Source: Pyrolobus fumarii 1A
GTDB taxonomy: Archaea; Thermoproteota; Thermoprotei_A; Sulfolobales; Pyrodictiaceae
Assembly: GCF_000223395.1 (NCBI RefSeq)
Contig: NC_015931.1
Location: 1,680,001-1,712,000 of the forward strand
Length of the DNA stretch: 32,000 nt
Direction: 5' to 3'
Of this stretch, positions 14,138-23,078 are shown one piece after another. The position numbers were made by a program, and so were the translations under genes. Under the pieces are notes generated by a model, which worked only from the letters and a program-made list of their open reading frames with translations, was not told the origin of the DNA and made no database searches. Every line of letters starts with the position of its first letter. Position 1 is the first letter of the stretch.

Positions 14138-15358
14138 ATGGCGAGTGCCTTTGAGGATAAGCCTGGTGTTGGCGAGAAAGCGGAGGTGAAAGTCCACCTA
14201 GACTGTGAGACTCTCTTCGAGTATGTAAAGATGCTTGAGCGTCGTCTCCGCGAGCTTGAGGCCGAGAGGGAGAGCCTTCGCCGCGAGCTACGCTACTACA
14301 AGTCTGAGGTCCAGAAGCTGATGGAGGCTCCACTCATAGAGGCTATTGTGCTCGACACGTTGCCAGACGGCCGTGTGGTAGTCAAGAGTACGACTGGGCC
14401 TAACCTCGTAGTCAAGGTCTCGAATCGTGTTGACATCTCCAAGCTACAGCCGGGCATGCACGTGGCGCTTAACAGCAGAGGCTCGGCTATAGTGGACGTG
14501 CTGCCACAGCGTGAAGACCCCTATGTGAAGGGGTTTGAGGTTGTAGAGAGGCCGAAGGTGAGGTTCAGTGATGTTGGTGGTCTCAAGGAGCAGATTAGGG
14601 AGTTGCGTGAGGCTATCGAGCTGCCTCTCAAGAACCCAGAGCTGTTCAAGGAGCTTGGCATTGAGCCCCCGAAGGGCGTTCTACTATACGGCCCACCGGG
14701 CTGTGGCAAGACGTTGCTAGCAAAGGCCCTTGCTGGCGAGACTAACGCGACGTTCATACACGTGGTGGGCTCTGAGCTAGTCCACAAGTTCATCGGCGAG
14801 GGCGCCAGGATCGTCCGCGAGGTGTTCCAGCTGGCCAGGAGGAAGGCCCCCGCGATAATATTCATCGACGAGATTGACGCTATTGCTGCGAAGAGAGTGG
14901 ATATAGGCACGAGCGGCGAGAGGGAGGTCCAGCGTACACTCATGCAGCTCCTGGCAGAGATGGACGGCTTCGACCCACTCGACGATGTTAAGGTGATAGC
15001 CGCGACAAACCGTATCGACATACTTGACCCGGCGATACTGAGGCCAGGCCGCTTCGACCGCCTCATCTACATACCGCCGCCCGACGAGGAAGGCCGCTAC
15101 GAGATACTCAAGATACACACTAGGAGGGCGAGACTAGCCCCCGACGTAGACCTCCGCTACATCGCGAAGATCACGGAGGGTGCTACAGGCGCGGACATCA
15201 AGGCCATAGTCACCGAGGCTGGCTACTTCGCCCTACGCGCAGGGCGCCGCGAGATAACCATGGAGGACTTCCTCAAGGCGGTTGAGAAGGTGCTGAAGCA
15301 TAGGAAGAGGCCATACGCGGAGAAGAAGCACCAGGAGAAGCCACCGTTCTACACGTAA
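14138..15358 (+). CDS. pan: Proteasome-activating nucleotidase (AAA+ ATPase)
   Basis: N-terminal coiled coil, OB segment, Walker A GPPGCGKT, Walker B IIFIDEID, second region of homology, and a C-terminal HbYX-type end ...PPFYT. Confidence 0.93.
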   Translation: MASAFEDKPGVGEKAEVKVHLDCETLFEYVKMLERRLRELEAERESLRRELRYYKSEVQKLMEAPLIEAIVLDTLPDGRVVVKSTTGPNLVVKVSNRVDISKLQPGMHVALNSRGSAIVDVLPQREDPYVKGFEVVERPKVRFSDVGGLKEQIRELREAIELPLKNPELFKELGIEPPKGVLLYGPPGCGKTLLAKALAGETNATFIHVVGSELVHKFIGEGARIVREVFQLARRKAPAIIFIDEIDAIAAKRVDIGTSGEREVQRTLMQLLAEMDGFDPLDDVKVIAATNRIDILDPAILRPGRFDRLIYIPPPDEEGRYEILKIHTRRARLAPDVDLRYIAKITEGATGADIKAIVTEAGYFALRAGRREITMEDFLKAVEKVLKHRKRPYAEKKHQEKPPFYT

Positions 15359-15523
15359 ACCTCCGCTTGCTCCACGAGCCGGAAGAGACTGACGTGGCCT
15401 ACCCCCGACCCGTCCGGCTCGAATAAGGGACGTTTATTATCCACATGCTCCTCTTCTCCGTTTCTTGTCTTATCGCTCCTCTCTATTTTAATGGCGGTTG
15501 AGGAGCGTGTCTAGGGGACAATC

Positions 15524-15712
15524 GTGTACACCCTCATAGTGGCTGTTATACTAGTGTTGCTCGTCTATGCTCTTGTGCTAAAGGCGTTGTTGTCGGCGAG
15601 AGCGCGGAGGCTTGCTGGACGCGAGTGGATAGTATGGCTCGTCGCTATGACGCTGTTCGTTATCGCTGCTCTGGCTGCTACTCGAGGCGTAGGTGGTCAA
15701 GCTCAGCCATGA
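15524..15712 (+). CDS. Small two-helix membrane protein (hypothetical)
   Basis: 62 aa with two hydrophobic helices separated by an RARRLAGRE loop. GTG start lies about 30 nt downstream of TATTTTAA (15485-15492). The 3' end overlaps the convergent GH130-like gene by 35 nt. Confidence 0.4.
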   Translation: MYTLIVAVILVLLVYALVLKALLSARARRLAGREWIVWLVAMTLFVIAALAATRGVGGQAQP

Positions 15713-16847
15713 TATCGTCTATGCCTGCCTCTGCGAACCCAACGACGCTATCAGCTGCGCCATAGGATATTATCAGCCTGTCGCCGTGCCTTACAGCGCC
15801 GCATGGGAACACTGTGAATGGCCTATCTCCATACACCTCGTACATCGCCCTAGGCTCCATGATGTACCTTGGCGTGACGGCGATGGGTCTTGGTCCGACG
15901 TCGCGGTCGTATCGTACTAGCATAGCAAAGATGCGATACCTCTTGAGTCTCACGTCAACAGCGTGTACAAGCGTGAGGAATGTGTCACGCTCTACCATGA
16001 CGGGGGGTGATGCCCATCCGAGCTTCTCCTCGAAGGGCGCAACGGGGAGTATTGTGCGCGTACCTCTAACCCTTATCGGGACGGGCTCCCCGCGCTCAGC
16101 CTCCTCGAGAGCCCTCTTGTACTCGTCGTGGGGCACTATGCTAATCGTCAGGTAGAAGTTCTCGTCGTCCATGTGAGGCCTGTGGAAGAGCAGAAGGTCG
16201 CCGTTAGAAGCCTGGACTAGAAACGCATCCTTATCGCTTATCACGTGGGGTCTCAGCCTCTCCGGGAGCACGAAGTACCCTACCTTCACCCATCTATGCC
16301 TGCCAGCCTCTACTGCGAGAACGGGGAGAGTCCTCTCGCGCCTAATGTGAGCCTCGAAGTAGTTGATGGTGCGGCCGACATACACCATGTGTCTCGTTCC
16401 GTCAATGCGCGTGACGCGCGGGTCCTCAGAGCCCCATATGTCGACGCTAGTCGAGGGGTAGACGATTATCTCAGCGGGATAGTGGCTTATCGAGATACTC
16501 CCAGTGTATAGATCCTCGAGGGGGAGCTCGACCTCGGCGATCGCAGACGCATACTTGAAGTAGCCGATTATTATCCTCGGGTAGAGTACCAGCATGTCAC
16601 CGTTACTGCCGTGGTCCAGCGCAGCGTTGAAGACCGTCAACGGGTTTGCCAGCGGGTGGTTCTTGAGGTGCACACGCTGAGGGGTTAGTACACCAAGACG
16701 CTGGAATATATCGTGGGTCTCACAGTGTCTAAGCTTGCCGAGTTCAGCCGCGTGCTCAGCGAGGGGGAAGTCACGCAGAAACTTAGCCTCCATGCCCAAG
16801 GCGCACACCTTAACGCCTAGCGCTGACGCCAGGCCAGCCACATGCAA
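15678..16847 (-). CDS. GH130-family (DUF377, PH1107-related) glycoside phosphorylase/glycosidase-like protein
   Basis: Family-like motifs WGSEDPRVT, SDKDAFL, FPCGAV and SYGAADSVVGFA. The start is uncertain (TTG at 16847 or ATG at 16793). Confidence 0.75.
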   Translation of the reverse strand: MHVAGLASALGVKVCALGMEAKFLRDFPLAEHAAELGKLRHCETHDIFQRLGVLTPQRVHLKNHPLANPLTVFNAALDHGSNGDMLVLYPRIIIGYFKYASAIAEVELPLEDLYTGSISISHYPAEIIVYPSTSVDIWGSEDPRVTRIDGTRHMVYVGRTINYFEAHIRRERTLPVLAVEAGRHRWVKVGYFVLPERLRPHVISDKDAFLVQASNGDLLLFHRPHMDDENFYLTISIVPHDEYKRALEEAERGEPVPIRVRGTRTILPVAPFEEKLGWASPPVMVERDTFLTLVHAVDVRLKRYRIFAMLVRYDRDVGPRPIAVTPRYIMEPRAMYEVYGDRPFTVFPCGAVRHGDRLIISYGAADSVVGFAEAGIDDIMAELDHLRLE

Positions 16848-16931
16848 GCAAGGCTACCCCTTATCTCTGCAGGCGGGCGGGCCACATGCACAAGCTGCAC
16901 TGCGGAGCACCTCACACAAAAGCGCGCAATG

Positions 16932-17246
16932 CTAACAATCCTCGAGGAGTGCTATGAGCCTCTTCTCGAAGCCTCCTCGTTCTCTCCTCTTGGCCTCAGC
17001 CCTAGCCAGGAGATCCTCAAGCGTGTACCCATGTAGCTTGAGAAGGGACACTATTGCCTCTAGGAGGTCAGCAGCCTCCTCAAGTACACTCTCGCTGCTC
17101 TCGGCAACGGCAAGCTCATAAGCCTCCTCGATTATCTTCGCACGGAGAGCGTTGACATACTCCTCGTTACTCCTAGCCTTCCAGACTGTAACACCCCTGG
17201 AGCGAAGCTCCTCGCCAATCTTGTCACGCACCAGCTTCCAGCACAA
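16932..17246 (-). CDS. MazG-like nucleoside-triphosphate pyrophosphohydrolase (all-alpha NTP-PPase)
   Basis: KLVRDKIGE..., EEAYEL and EEAADLLE motifs typical of short MazG/PRA-PH-like proteins. Confidence 0.75.
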   Translation of the reverse strand: MCWKLVRDKIGEELRSRGVTVWKARSNEEYVNALRAKIIEEAYELAVAESSESVLEEAADLLEAIVSLLKLHGYTLEDLLARAEAKRRERGGFEKRLIALLEDC

Positions 17247-17262
17247 GACGAGCCTCCCCCGG

Positions 17263-17661
17263 CTAGCACGTCACGTGTATAACGGCTAACAGCCTCTCAC
17301 AGTCAAGCTCCAGACCCACCAGCATCGGCGTCTCTGCAACAATCACCTTCACGCCCCGCTCCTTCTCCAGCTCGCCAAGCAGCTTCTCGGCATCCGGGGT
17401 TATCCTCATGCGCCCCTCCTGCCCCGTACCGATAACCACGCAGTCCACCTCGCCAGCCTCCCTAAGGTAAACCTCCAGCTCCTCACGAGAGAGCGGAGGA
17501 TGACCATACAGGTCAGCGTACTTCTTTGACAAGCTCTTCGCCCATCTCCTTCTCACGATACAACCAGGAAGGACAACAACATCGTGCTCATAGCGACGGT
17601 TACAGACCTCGACCCAGAGGAAGCCAGTACCAGTCACAAGCTTCGCCAATAACAGCACCAT
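17263..17661 (-). CDS. Mth938-domain (DUF498) protein
   Basis: YEHDVVVLPGC...VDCVVIGTGQEGRMRITPDAEKLL...VKVIVAETP pattern. A TTTAAA box 29 nt upstream favours the ATG at 17661 over the ORF-track start at 17682. Confidence 0.65.
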   Translation of the reverse strand: MVLLLAKLVTGTGFLWVEVCNRRYEHDVVVLPGCIVRRRWAKSLSKKYADLYGHPPLSREELEVYLREAGEVDCVVIGTGQEGRMRITPDAEKLLGELEKERGVKVIVAETPMLVGLELDCERLLAVIHVTC

Positions 17662-17777
17662 ACGGATAGGCCAGAAAACCATGCTTTAAACGCTAGCAGG
17701 AGATACGCAAGCCCTGCAAGGCGCTTGTGCATGCACGGTGCCAGTGGTGCACTGGGCTGATTAACTAGTGTCCCGCC

Positions 17778-18542
17778 TTGGAGTGTCGGGTGTGCGCGTT
17801 GAGCATCTCGTTCGAGGAGAGGGCTAGAAGGATACATGAGAGGCTCCTAGAGATAGCCGAGAAGGAAATCAACGACGAGAAGATACGGTCGATTACCGTA
17901 GAGCTCCTACGCGAGCCTAAGATAACATTCGTGCGTGTCGAGCCACGCATCAGCTTCTACGAGTCACCAGCAGCCCCCAAGAACCATCACTCATACCCAG
18001 GCGGTCTACTAGACCACACCCTGGGCGTCACCGAGATAGCGATGCAGCTAATCAAGGTATACCGCGACGTGTACGGCGCAACCGTCAACAAAGATATCGT
18101 GGTTGCTGCTGCGCTACTACACGACCTCTTCAAGTACTACCAGTACGAGAAGGACCCGCTAACGGGCGGCTACCGTCCAAGGAGCGACTGGTACCTAAGC
18201 CACGAGTTCGCAATGGTATCCGAGTTATACAAGAGGGGCGCGCCAGACCCCCTAGTGAGGGCCATAGCAGAGGCCCACGGCACCACCCCATTCACCATGG
18301 TCGAGTCCCAGATAGTACACCAGGCTGACAGTACCGACTCCCAGTTCGTATCCAAACTCCAAGATGTAGTGTGGAGGGCGTGCCTGGACCTCGAGCTGGA
18401 AGTCGAGGGCGTGAGGGCGATCAAGATATTCCACGAGGCCATGAAGAGAGCGCCGATATTCGAGTACGCAAAGGTGTACTACAGCCAGGGTCGTGACGGG
18501 CTACGCGAGTACATCAAGAAGCTCCTCGGCCTAGCGCCGTGA
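17778..18542 (+). CDS. HD-domain metal-dependent phosphohydrolase
   Basis: HHSYPGGLLDHTLGV and AALLHDLFK (H...HD...D signature). The start may be the in-frame GTG at 17790. Confidence 0.8.
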   Translation: MECRVCALSISFEERARRIHERLLEIAEKEINDEKIRSITVELLREPKITFVRVEPRISFYESPAAPKNHHSYPGGLLDHTLGVTEIAMQLIKVYRDVYGATVNKDIVVAAALLHDLFKYYQYEKDPLTGGYRPRSDWYLSHEFAMVSELYKRGAPDPLVRAIAEAHGTTPFTMVESQIVHQADSTDSQFVSKLQDVVWRACLDLELEVEGVRAIKIFHEAMKRAPIFEYAKVYYSQGRDGLREYIKKLLGLAP

Positions 18543-18803
18543 GTCGTATAAAAGAGTGCCCCCTAGGCTCGAAAACCGGCCCTGCCTCCGCGACAGACCC
18601 GTAGTCCCCGGGTCCGGATGAGCGGGGGTTCCGTCGGGCGGCGAGCACCACACGAGAAGAACCAAAAACACTGCTACCCTGCTAGTTTTGAAGACACGTT
18701 GTGACTGTCACGTGCGGCTCAGATGCTTGCCCCTAGCCCTTCTCCTCCACCCCTCCCCTTATACCCCCGGCATGGCACGACAAATATAGTGGCCTGGTGC
18801 GCC

Positions 18804-18856
18804 CCGACCGCGGCCCCTAGGCCGGGCTGCAGCCCGGTCGATGGGGTCGCGGTGGG
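18804..18856. repeat. Long GC-rich imperfect palindrome or hairpin upstream of the livM promoter
   Basis: CCGACCGCGGCCCC (18804-17) pairs with GGGGTCGCGGTGGG (18843-56), giving 12 Watson-Crick pairs, one G.U and one G.G mismatch. It encloses the perfect 16-nt palindrome CCGGGCTGCAGCCCGG (18822-37). Confidence 0.7.
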
Positions 18857-18918
18857 CGGGTAGCCCCTCCCGCAGCACTACCATATATAAGACGTGGGAG
18901 GGTGCACTAGCCAGGGGA

Positions 18919-20007
18919 TTGTGCTTGGACGATCTCGTCGTGCTTAGGGGCAGTGGTTTCCTGATAGTTGTCGCTATTGTGCTGATTGCTGTAGCCGCGA
19001 TAGCCCTATGGGGTTTGGCTGGCGGTCCTCTAGCAGCTCAAGTCGCTTTTGACCTGACACTGTTTATCGCTGTGGTTCTCGGGTACAACCTGTTCGCTGG
19101 CACAACCGGCTACCTAAGCTTTGGTCACGGTATGCTCTATGCGCTGGGCGGTTACCTGGGCATACTAGCTGCTAACGCGATGGCTAGCGCCGGGTGGCTG
19201 GCTGGTATCGTGGCTATCCCCGTAGCGGGGCTTGCTACAGCCATGCTCGCGATTGCCTTCATGGGGCCACTGATGCGGGTGAAAGGGCCCTATTTTGCAG
19301 TCGCGAGCCTAGCGTTGTTCCTCGCGGCTGGTAGCCTGGTGAGCGTCGTTCCCGGTTTGGGCGGTAGCGTCGGTCTTACTGCTGTGCCTGGAGTTGGGCT
19401 CAACACTGTCACTGCGCTGGTGGCTGCACTCGTCCTAGCCCTGTTGGGTATAGCTGGCTCGGTGCTGGTCTCTAAGACGCTCTTTGGTAGGCGCGTGTTA
19501 GCTATACGTGACAGCGAGGAGGCTGCGGCCAGCCTAGGGCTAAACCCGGCTCTCTACAGGGCAGCTATGCTGGCAGCTAGTGGGTTCATAGTTGGCGCTG
19601 CTGGTGCAACCTACTTCCTCTCCTACGGTGGCCGCGGTTATGTGGATCCAGAGCTAGCCTTCGACCCGAGATACAACACGCTGATGGTGCTAGCGGCTAT
19701 CGCTGGCGGGCTGGGCAGCTTCACCGGCGTAGTCACTGGCGCGATACTAGTGAAGCTGCTTGACAACTTCCTGGCGATGTATTCCCCCGAGATAGTGGCC
19801 GCGCTGGGCTTCAACCCTAGCGAGGCGCCACTCCTAGTAACCATAACACCGTACATCGTACTTGGTAGCCTCGTGGCGCTCATAGCCATCGCTGCGCCTC
19901 GCGGCATCTACGGCCTCCTTGAAGGGGTTATCGAGAGGCGTTTCGCTAAACTAGTGGGCAAGGCTACAGAGATCGTAGAGACGCAGAGAGGCAAGGAGGC
20001 TGGTTAA
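18919..20007 (+). CDS. livM: Branched-chain amino-acid-type ABC transporter permease (LivM family)
   Basis: Multi-pass hydrophobic protein with LivM-like GYLSFGHG and a C-terminal region. ORF track starts at 18841, but ATATATAA at 18883-18890 lies inside that extension, so a TTG at 18919 or 18925 is the more likely start. Confidence 0.8.
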   Translation: MCLDDLVVLRGSGFLIVVAIVLIAVAAIALWGLAGGPLAAQVAFDLTLFIAVVLGYNLFAGTTGYLSFGHGMLYALGGYLGILAANAMASAGWLAGIVAIPVAGLATAMLAIAFMGPLMRVKGPYFAVASLALFLAAGSLVSVVPGLGGSVGLTAVPGVGLNTVTALVAALVLALLGIAGSVLVSKTLFGRRVLAIRDSEEAAASLGLNPALYRAAMLAASGFIVGAAGATYFLSYGGRGYVDPELAFDPRYNTLMVLAAIAGGLGSFTGVVTGAILVKLLDNFLAMYSPEIVAALGFNPSEAPLLVTITPYIVLGSLVALIAIAAPRGIYGLLEGVIERRFAKLVGKATEIVETQRGKEAG

Positions 20008-20061
20008 TGAAACTGCTAACCAGTTTAAATTCTGGTTTACCACTGCTCGTCTGGGGGTAGT

Positions 20062-20763
20062 TTGCCCGTAGTAGAGGCTCGCGGCCTCGTGAAGAGGTTC
20101 GGGGGCGTAACCGCGCTGGATCACGTCACGCTCACGTTTGACGAGGGCATGGTCTATGCTATAATCGGGCCTAATGGTTCGGGCAAAACTACCCTCCTCA
20201 ACGTCCTTACCGGCTATGTTAAGCCGGATGCGGGTAGCGTCCACATAATGGGCAAGGATGTGACCAAGTGGCCTCCGCATCGTATAGCGTCGCTGGGCGT
20301 GGGCAGAGTCTTCCAGATACCCTTGCCATTCCGCACACTAACCGTCTATGATAACGTGGCGATAGCCAACCCCTCGCTCTCGGGTAGTGAGGTCATGGAG
20401 CTGCTTAGGCTCGTGGGGTTGGAGGGTAAGGCCTGGGAGAGGGCAGGGAGGCTCTCGGGCGGCCAGCAGAAGCTACTCGAGATAGCGAGGGCTCTGGCGA
20501 AGAACCCCAAGATACTCTACATGGATGAGCCTACGGCTGGCGTAAACCCAGGCCTCTTCGAGCGCATCGAGAACGCGATTAGGGAGATGAAGGAGAGGGG
20601 GACAACCGTCGTCATCATAGAGCATAACGTGCGCTTCGTATCGAGGATCGCCGATGAGATGATAGCGATGGCGCAGGGTAGAGTGATAGCCAGGGGTGCG
20701 CCAGAGGAGGTCACCCGTGACCCGAGGGTGATCGAGTCTTACCTTGGCAGCGAGGTGCCCTAA
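20062..20763 (+). CDS. livG: ABC transporter ATP-binding protein (LivG family)
   Basis: Walker A GPNGSGKTT, signature LSGGQQK, Walker B ILYMDEP, and a LivG-like C-terminus. Confidence 0.88.
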   Translation: MPVVEARGLVKRFGGVTALDHVTLTFDEGMVYAIIGPNGSGKTTLLNVLTGYVKPDAGSVHIMGKDVTKWPPHRIASLGVGRVFQIPLPFRTLTVYDNVAIANPSLSGSEVMELLRLVGLEGKAWERAGRLSGGQQKLLEIARALAKNPKILYMDEPTAGVNPGLFERIENAIREMKERGTTVVIIEHNVRFVSRIADEMIAMAQGRVIARGAPEEVTRDPRVIESYLGSEVP

Positions 20764-20766
20764 GCC

Positions 20767-21468
20767 ATGCTCCGGGTTGAGAACCTCTACGCGGGCTATA
20801 CGAGAGACAACCCGATAGTACGTGGCGTGACCTTCACAGCGCCACCCGGCCAAGTAACTCTCGTGATAGGACCTAACGGTGCTGGCAAAAGCACGCTACT
20901 CAAAGCCATATACGGGCTCGTGCGCATACTCGACGGCCGCGTAATGCTAGAAAAGCTTGATGTGACCGGGTGGAAGCCGTCCAGGCTGCTACGTGCTGGC
21001 CTAGCACTCTCACCTCAATCCCCGGCAATATTCCCAGAGATGAGCGTAGAGGAGAACCTCAAGCTAGCCGCTTGGCTCGCTGGTCTCGACGAAGACACGG
21101 TAGAGGAGGCTCTAGAGTACATACCGGTGCTGAAAGCCAAGAGGCGCATCCCGGCTTCGCTGCTCAGTGGCGGCGAGAAGAGACTCCTTGACGTAGCCCG
21201 CGTGATACTCTATAAGCCGAAGGTGCTTCTATTCGACGAGCCGACTGCAGGCGTCGCTCCGAAAGTAGCCAGCCAGATCTACGAGATCATAAGGAGGCTT
21301 GCCGACGAGGGACGCACAGTGCTACTAGTAGACCAGAGGGTGAGGGAAGCAATACGCATAGCCGACACTGTGATAGTCATGGCTGAGGGTAGGATTGAGG
21401 CTATGGGCCCCCGCGAAGAGATAGAAGCCAAGCTACGCGAGATAGCCGCCTCCTGGCTAACAGCCTAG
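20767..21468 (+). CDS. livF: ABC transporter ATP-binding protein (LivF family)
   Basis: Walker A GPNGAGKST, signature LSGGEKR, Walker B LLFDEP. Starts 3 nt after livG. Confidence 0.88.
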   Translation: MLRVENLYAGYTRDNPIVRGVTFTAPPGQVTLVIGPNGAGKSTLLKAIYGLVRILDGRVMLEKLDVTGWKPSRLLRAGLALSPQSPAIFPEMSVEENLKLAAWLAGLDEDTVEEALEYIPVLKAKRRIPASLLSGGEKRLLDVARVILYKPKVLLFDEPTAGVAPKVASQIYEIIRRLADEGRTVLLVDQRVREAIRIADTVIVMAEGRIEAMGPREEIEAKLREIAASWLTA

Positions 21469-22445
21469 CCGCTAGCCACGCGCAACGCCTCCTCAATCAC
21501 CCTCAGCACTCTCACCGCGTCACCCATAGTAGGCGCGACATGCTCCAATGGATGTTTGGCTGTACTCTTGCCTAGCGCCCGCAACACCTTCGACATGAAA
21601 ACCTCGTGCTCAAGCGTCAACGGCGGCTTTGAGGATAGCGCCTCTACCCTCGTACCCTCAAGAGTCTTCAATAGCACAGTATTAGCGTCGTAATCCGCCT
21701 CGAGTACACCGCCACGCCCATAGATCCTCAGGACACGATGCTTAACACACCCGCCCACCTCGTCACTAGCAGTCACGATAGCCTCTCTATCCCCAGTTCG
21801 CAGCCAAATCGTCAACGTGGAGCCAGTCTCACGGACACTAAGCTCGGCTTTCTCCACGCGAGGCTCACCACCAAGAAGGAATAACACCAGGTCAACATCG
21901 TGCACCGCAATGTCGTGAGCAATTGGCCAGGTCCTAGCCGACCCTCTACGGTCCACAATGTGAGCCACCTCCATTCTCCAAGGATCCATAACGTGTATTG
22001 CACGCATAGCGCGTCTGGTTACGGGGTGATAGCGCAGCAAGTAGCCCGGCAACGCTACGATACCCTTGCGTTCAGCGAGCTGCGCCAACTCCTCCGCCTC
22101 CAAGCTCTTCATGGCGACAGGCTTCTCTATGAGGACGTGTAGACCCGCCTCAATGACCTGCTTGGATACCTCGTAGAGTGAACCTGGAGGCACCGCTACT
22201 ATAGCAGCATCGAAAGCCTCGCGCATACTCAGAGCATCGTCTAGGCTCATGTATATCCTGGTATCCGGGCTCCCGTAGAGCCTGGCCACCCTCTCGGCAG
22301 CCTCGCGTTTCACGTCCACAATACCGGCTAGGACGGCGCCAACCTTCCTCAACGTCCTAGCGTGTACTGCACCCCAGCGGCCAGCGCCAACGAGGAGCAC
22401 ACGTAGACTCAAATCTTGGGCCCACGGGGCGCTCCCCCTACCCAC
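21465..22445 (-). CDS. Gfo/Idh/MocA-family NAD(P)-dependent oxidoreductase
   Basis: N-terminal Rossmann motif VLLVGAGRWG, the conserved EKP motif (VLIEKPVA), and typical family length. Confidence 0.8.
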   Translation of the reverse strand: MGRGSAPWAQDLSLRVLLVGAGRWGAVHARTLRKVGAVLAGIVDVKREAAERVARLYGSPDTRIYMSLDDALSMREAFDAAIVAVPPGSLYEVSKQVIEAGLHVLIEKPVAMKSLEAEELAQLAERKGIVALPGYLLRYHPVTRRAMRAIHVMDPWRMEVAHIVDRRGSARTWPIAHDIAVHDVDLVLFLLGGEPRVEKAELSVRETGSTLTIWLRTGDREAIVTASDEVGGCVKHRVLRIYGRGGVLEADYDANTVLLKTLEGTRVEALSSKPPLTLEHEVFMSKVLRALGKSTAKHPLEHVAPTMGDAVRVLRVIEEALRVASG

Positions 22446-22526
22446 CTAAGTTAAGTGTTGAAGAGGGGCGTCGCCATAACCCGAGTTATAACCTAGGGTT
22501 GTGTCTCGCTGCTCGGGGGCCTCTGA

Positions 22527-23078
22527 ATGCCGCACCGCTTTGTCGTTATCACCGGTAGGCCCGGTGTCGGCAAGACCACGTTGTTCCGGAAGGTTGTCGG
22601 CGAGTTGAGGAGCATGGGTTACCGGGTGGAGGGTTTCGCGTGCCCCGAGGTTCGGGTGGGCGGCAGGCGCATAGGCTTCAAGATAGTATCGTTGGATGGT
22701 AGCCTCGAGGCCTGGCTTGCTAAGGCGGGTGAGGAGTGCGACGGGCCCCGCGTCGGCAGGTATCGTGTCTGTCGTGAGGCGGAGGACGTCGCCAGGGCGG
22801 CTGTGGAGAGAGCTCTACGCGAGGCGGACATCATAGGCATCGACGAGATCGGTCCCATGGAGTTGAAGACGCGCGGTATACGCGCGGCGATACTAGCGGC
22901 GCTTCGCAGCGGCAAACCCGGGATATATGTTGCTCATGCAAGGCTGAGTGACATCGAGATACTGCCGTTGTTGAAGAGCGAAGGAGTGTGGTTCACGGTC
23001 ACCGTCGAGAATAGGGACTTGTTGCCACCCAAGGTGCTCGAGGCGGCCCTAGAAGCTATACGCGGCGGTCGACGCTAG
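22527..23078 (+). CDS. Nucleoside-triphosphatase, THEP1/MJ1559 (COG1618) family
   Basis: 183 aa with P-loop GRPGVGKTT, Walker B IIGIDEIGPME, and family-typical size. Confidence 0.8.
   Translation: MPHRFVVITGRPGVGKTTLFRKVVGELRSMGYRVEGFACPEVRVGGRRIGFKIVSLDGSLEAWLAKAGEECDGPRVGRYRVCREAEDVARAAVERALREADIIGIDEIGPMELKTRGIRAAILAALRSGKPGIYVAHARLSDIEILPLLKSEGVWFTVTVENRDLLPPKVLEAALEAIRGGRR

Noticed and set aside
13771-14154. 127-aa ORF on the + strand between 13771 and 14154
   Set aside because: It overlaps the C/D sRNA and the GC-rich palindromes, has an Arg/Ser/Pro-rich composition, and ends just inside the PAN start region. It is most likely non-coding.
18841-18918. ORF-track ATG at 18841 as the livM start
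   Set aside because: The 26 extra codons are non-hydrophobic and lie inside the GC-rich hairpin. They also contain a strong ATATATAA box about 30 nt before in-frame TTG codons, which fits a short or leaderless mRNA starting near 18915.
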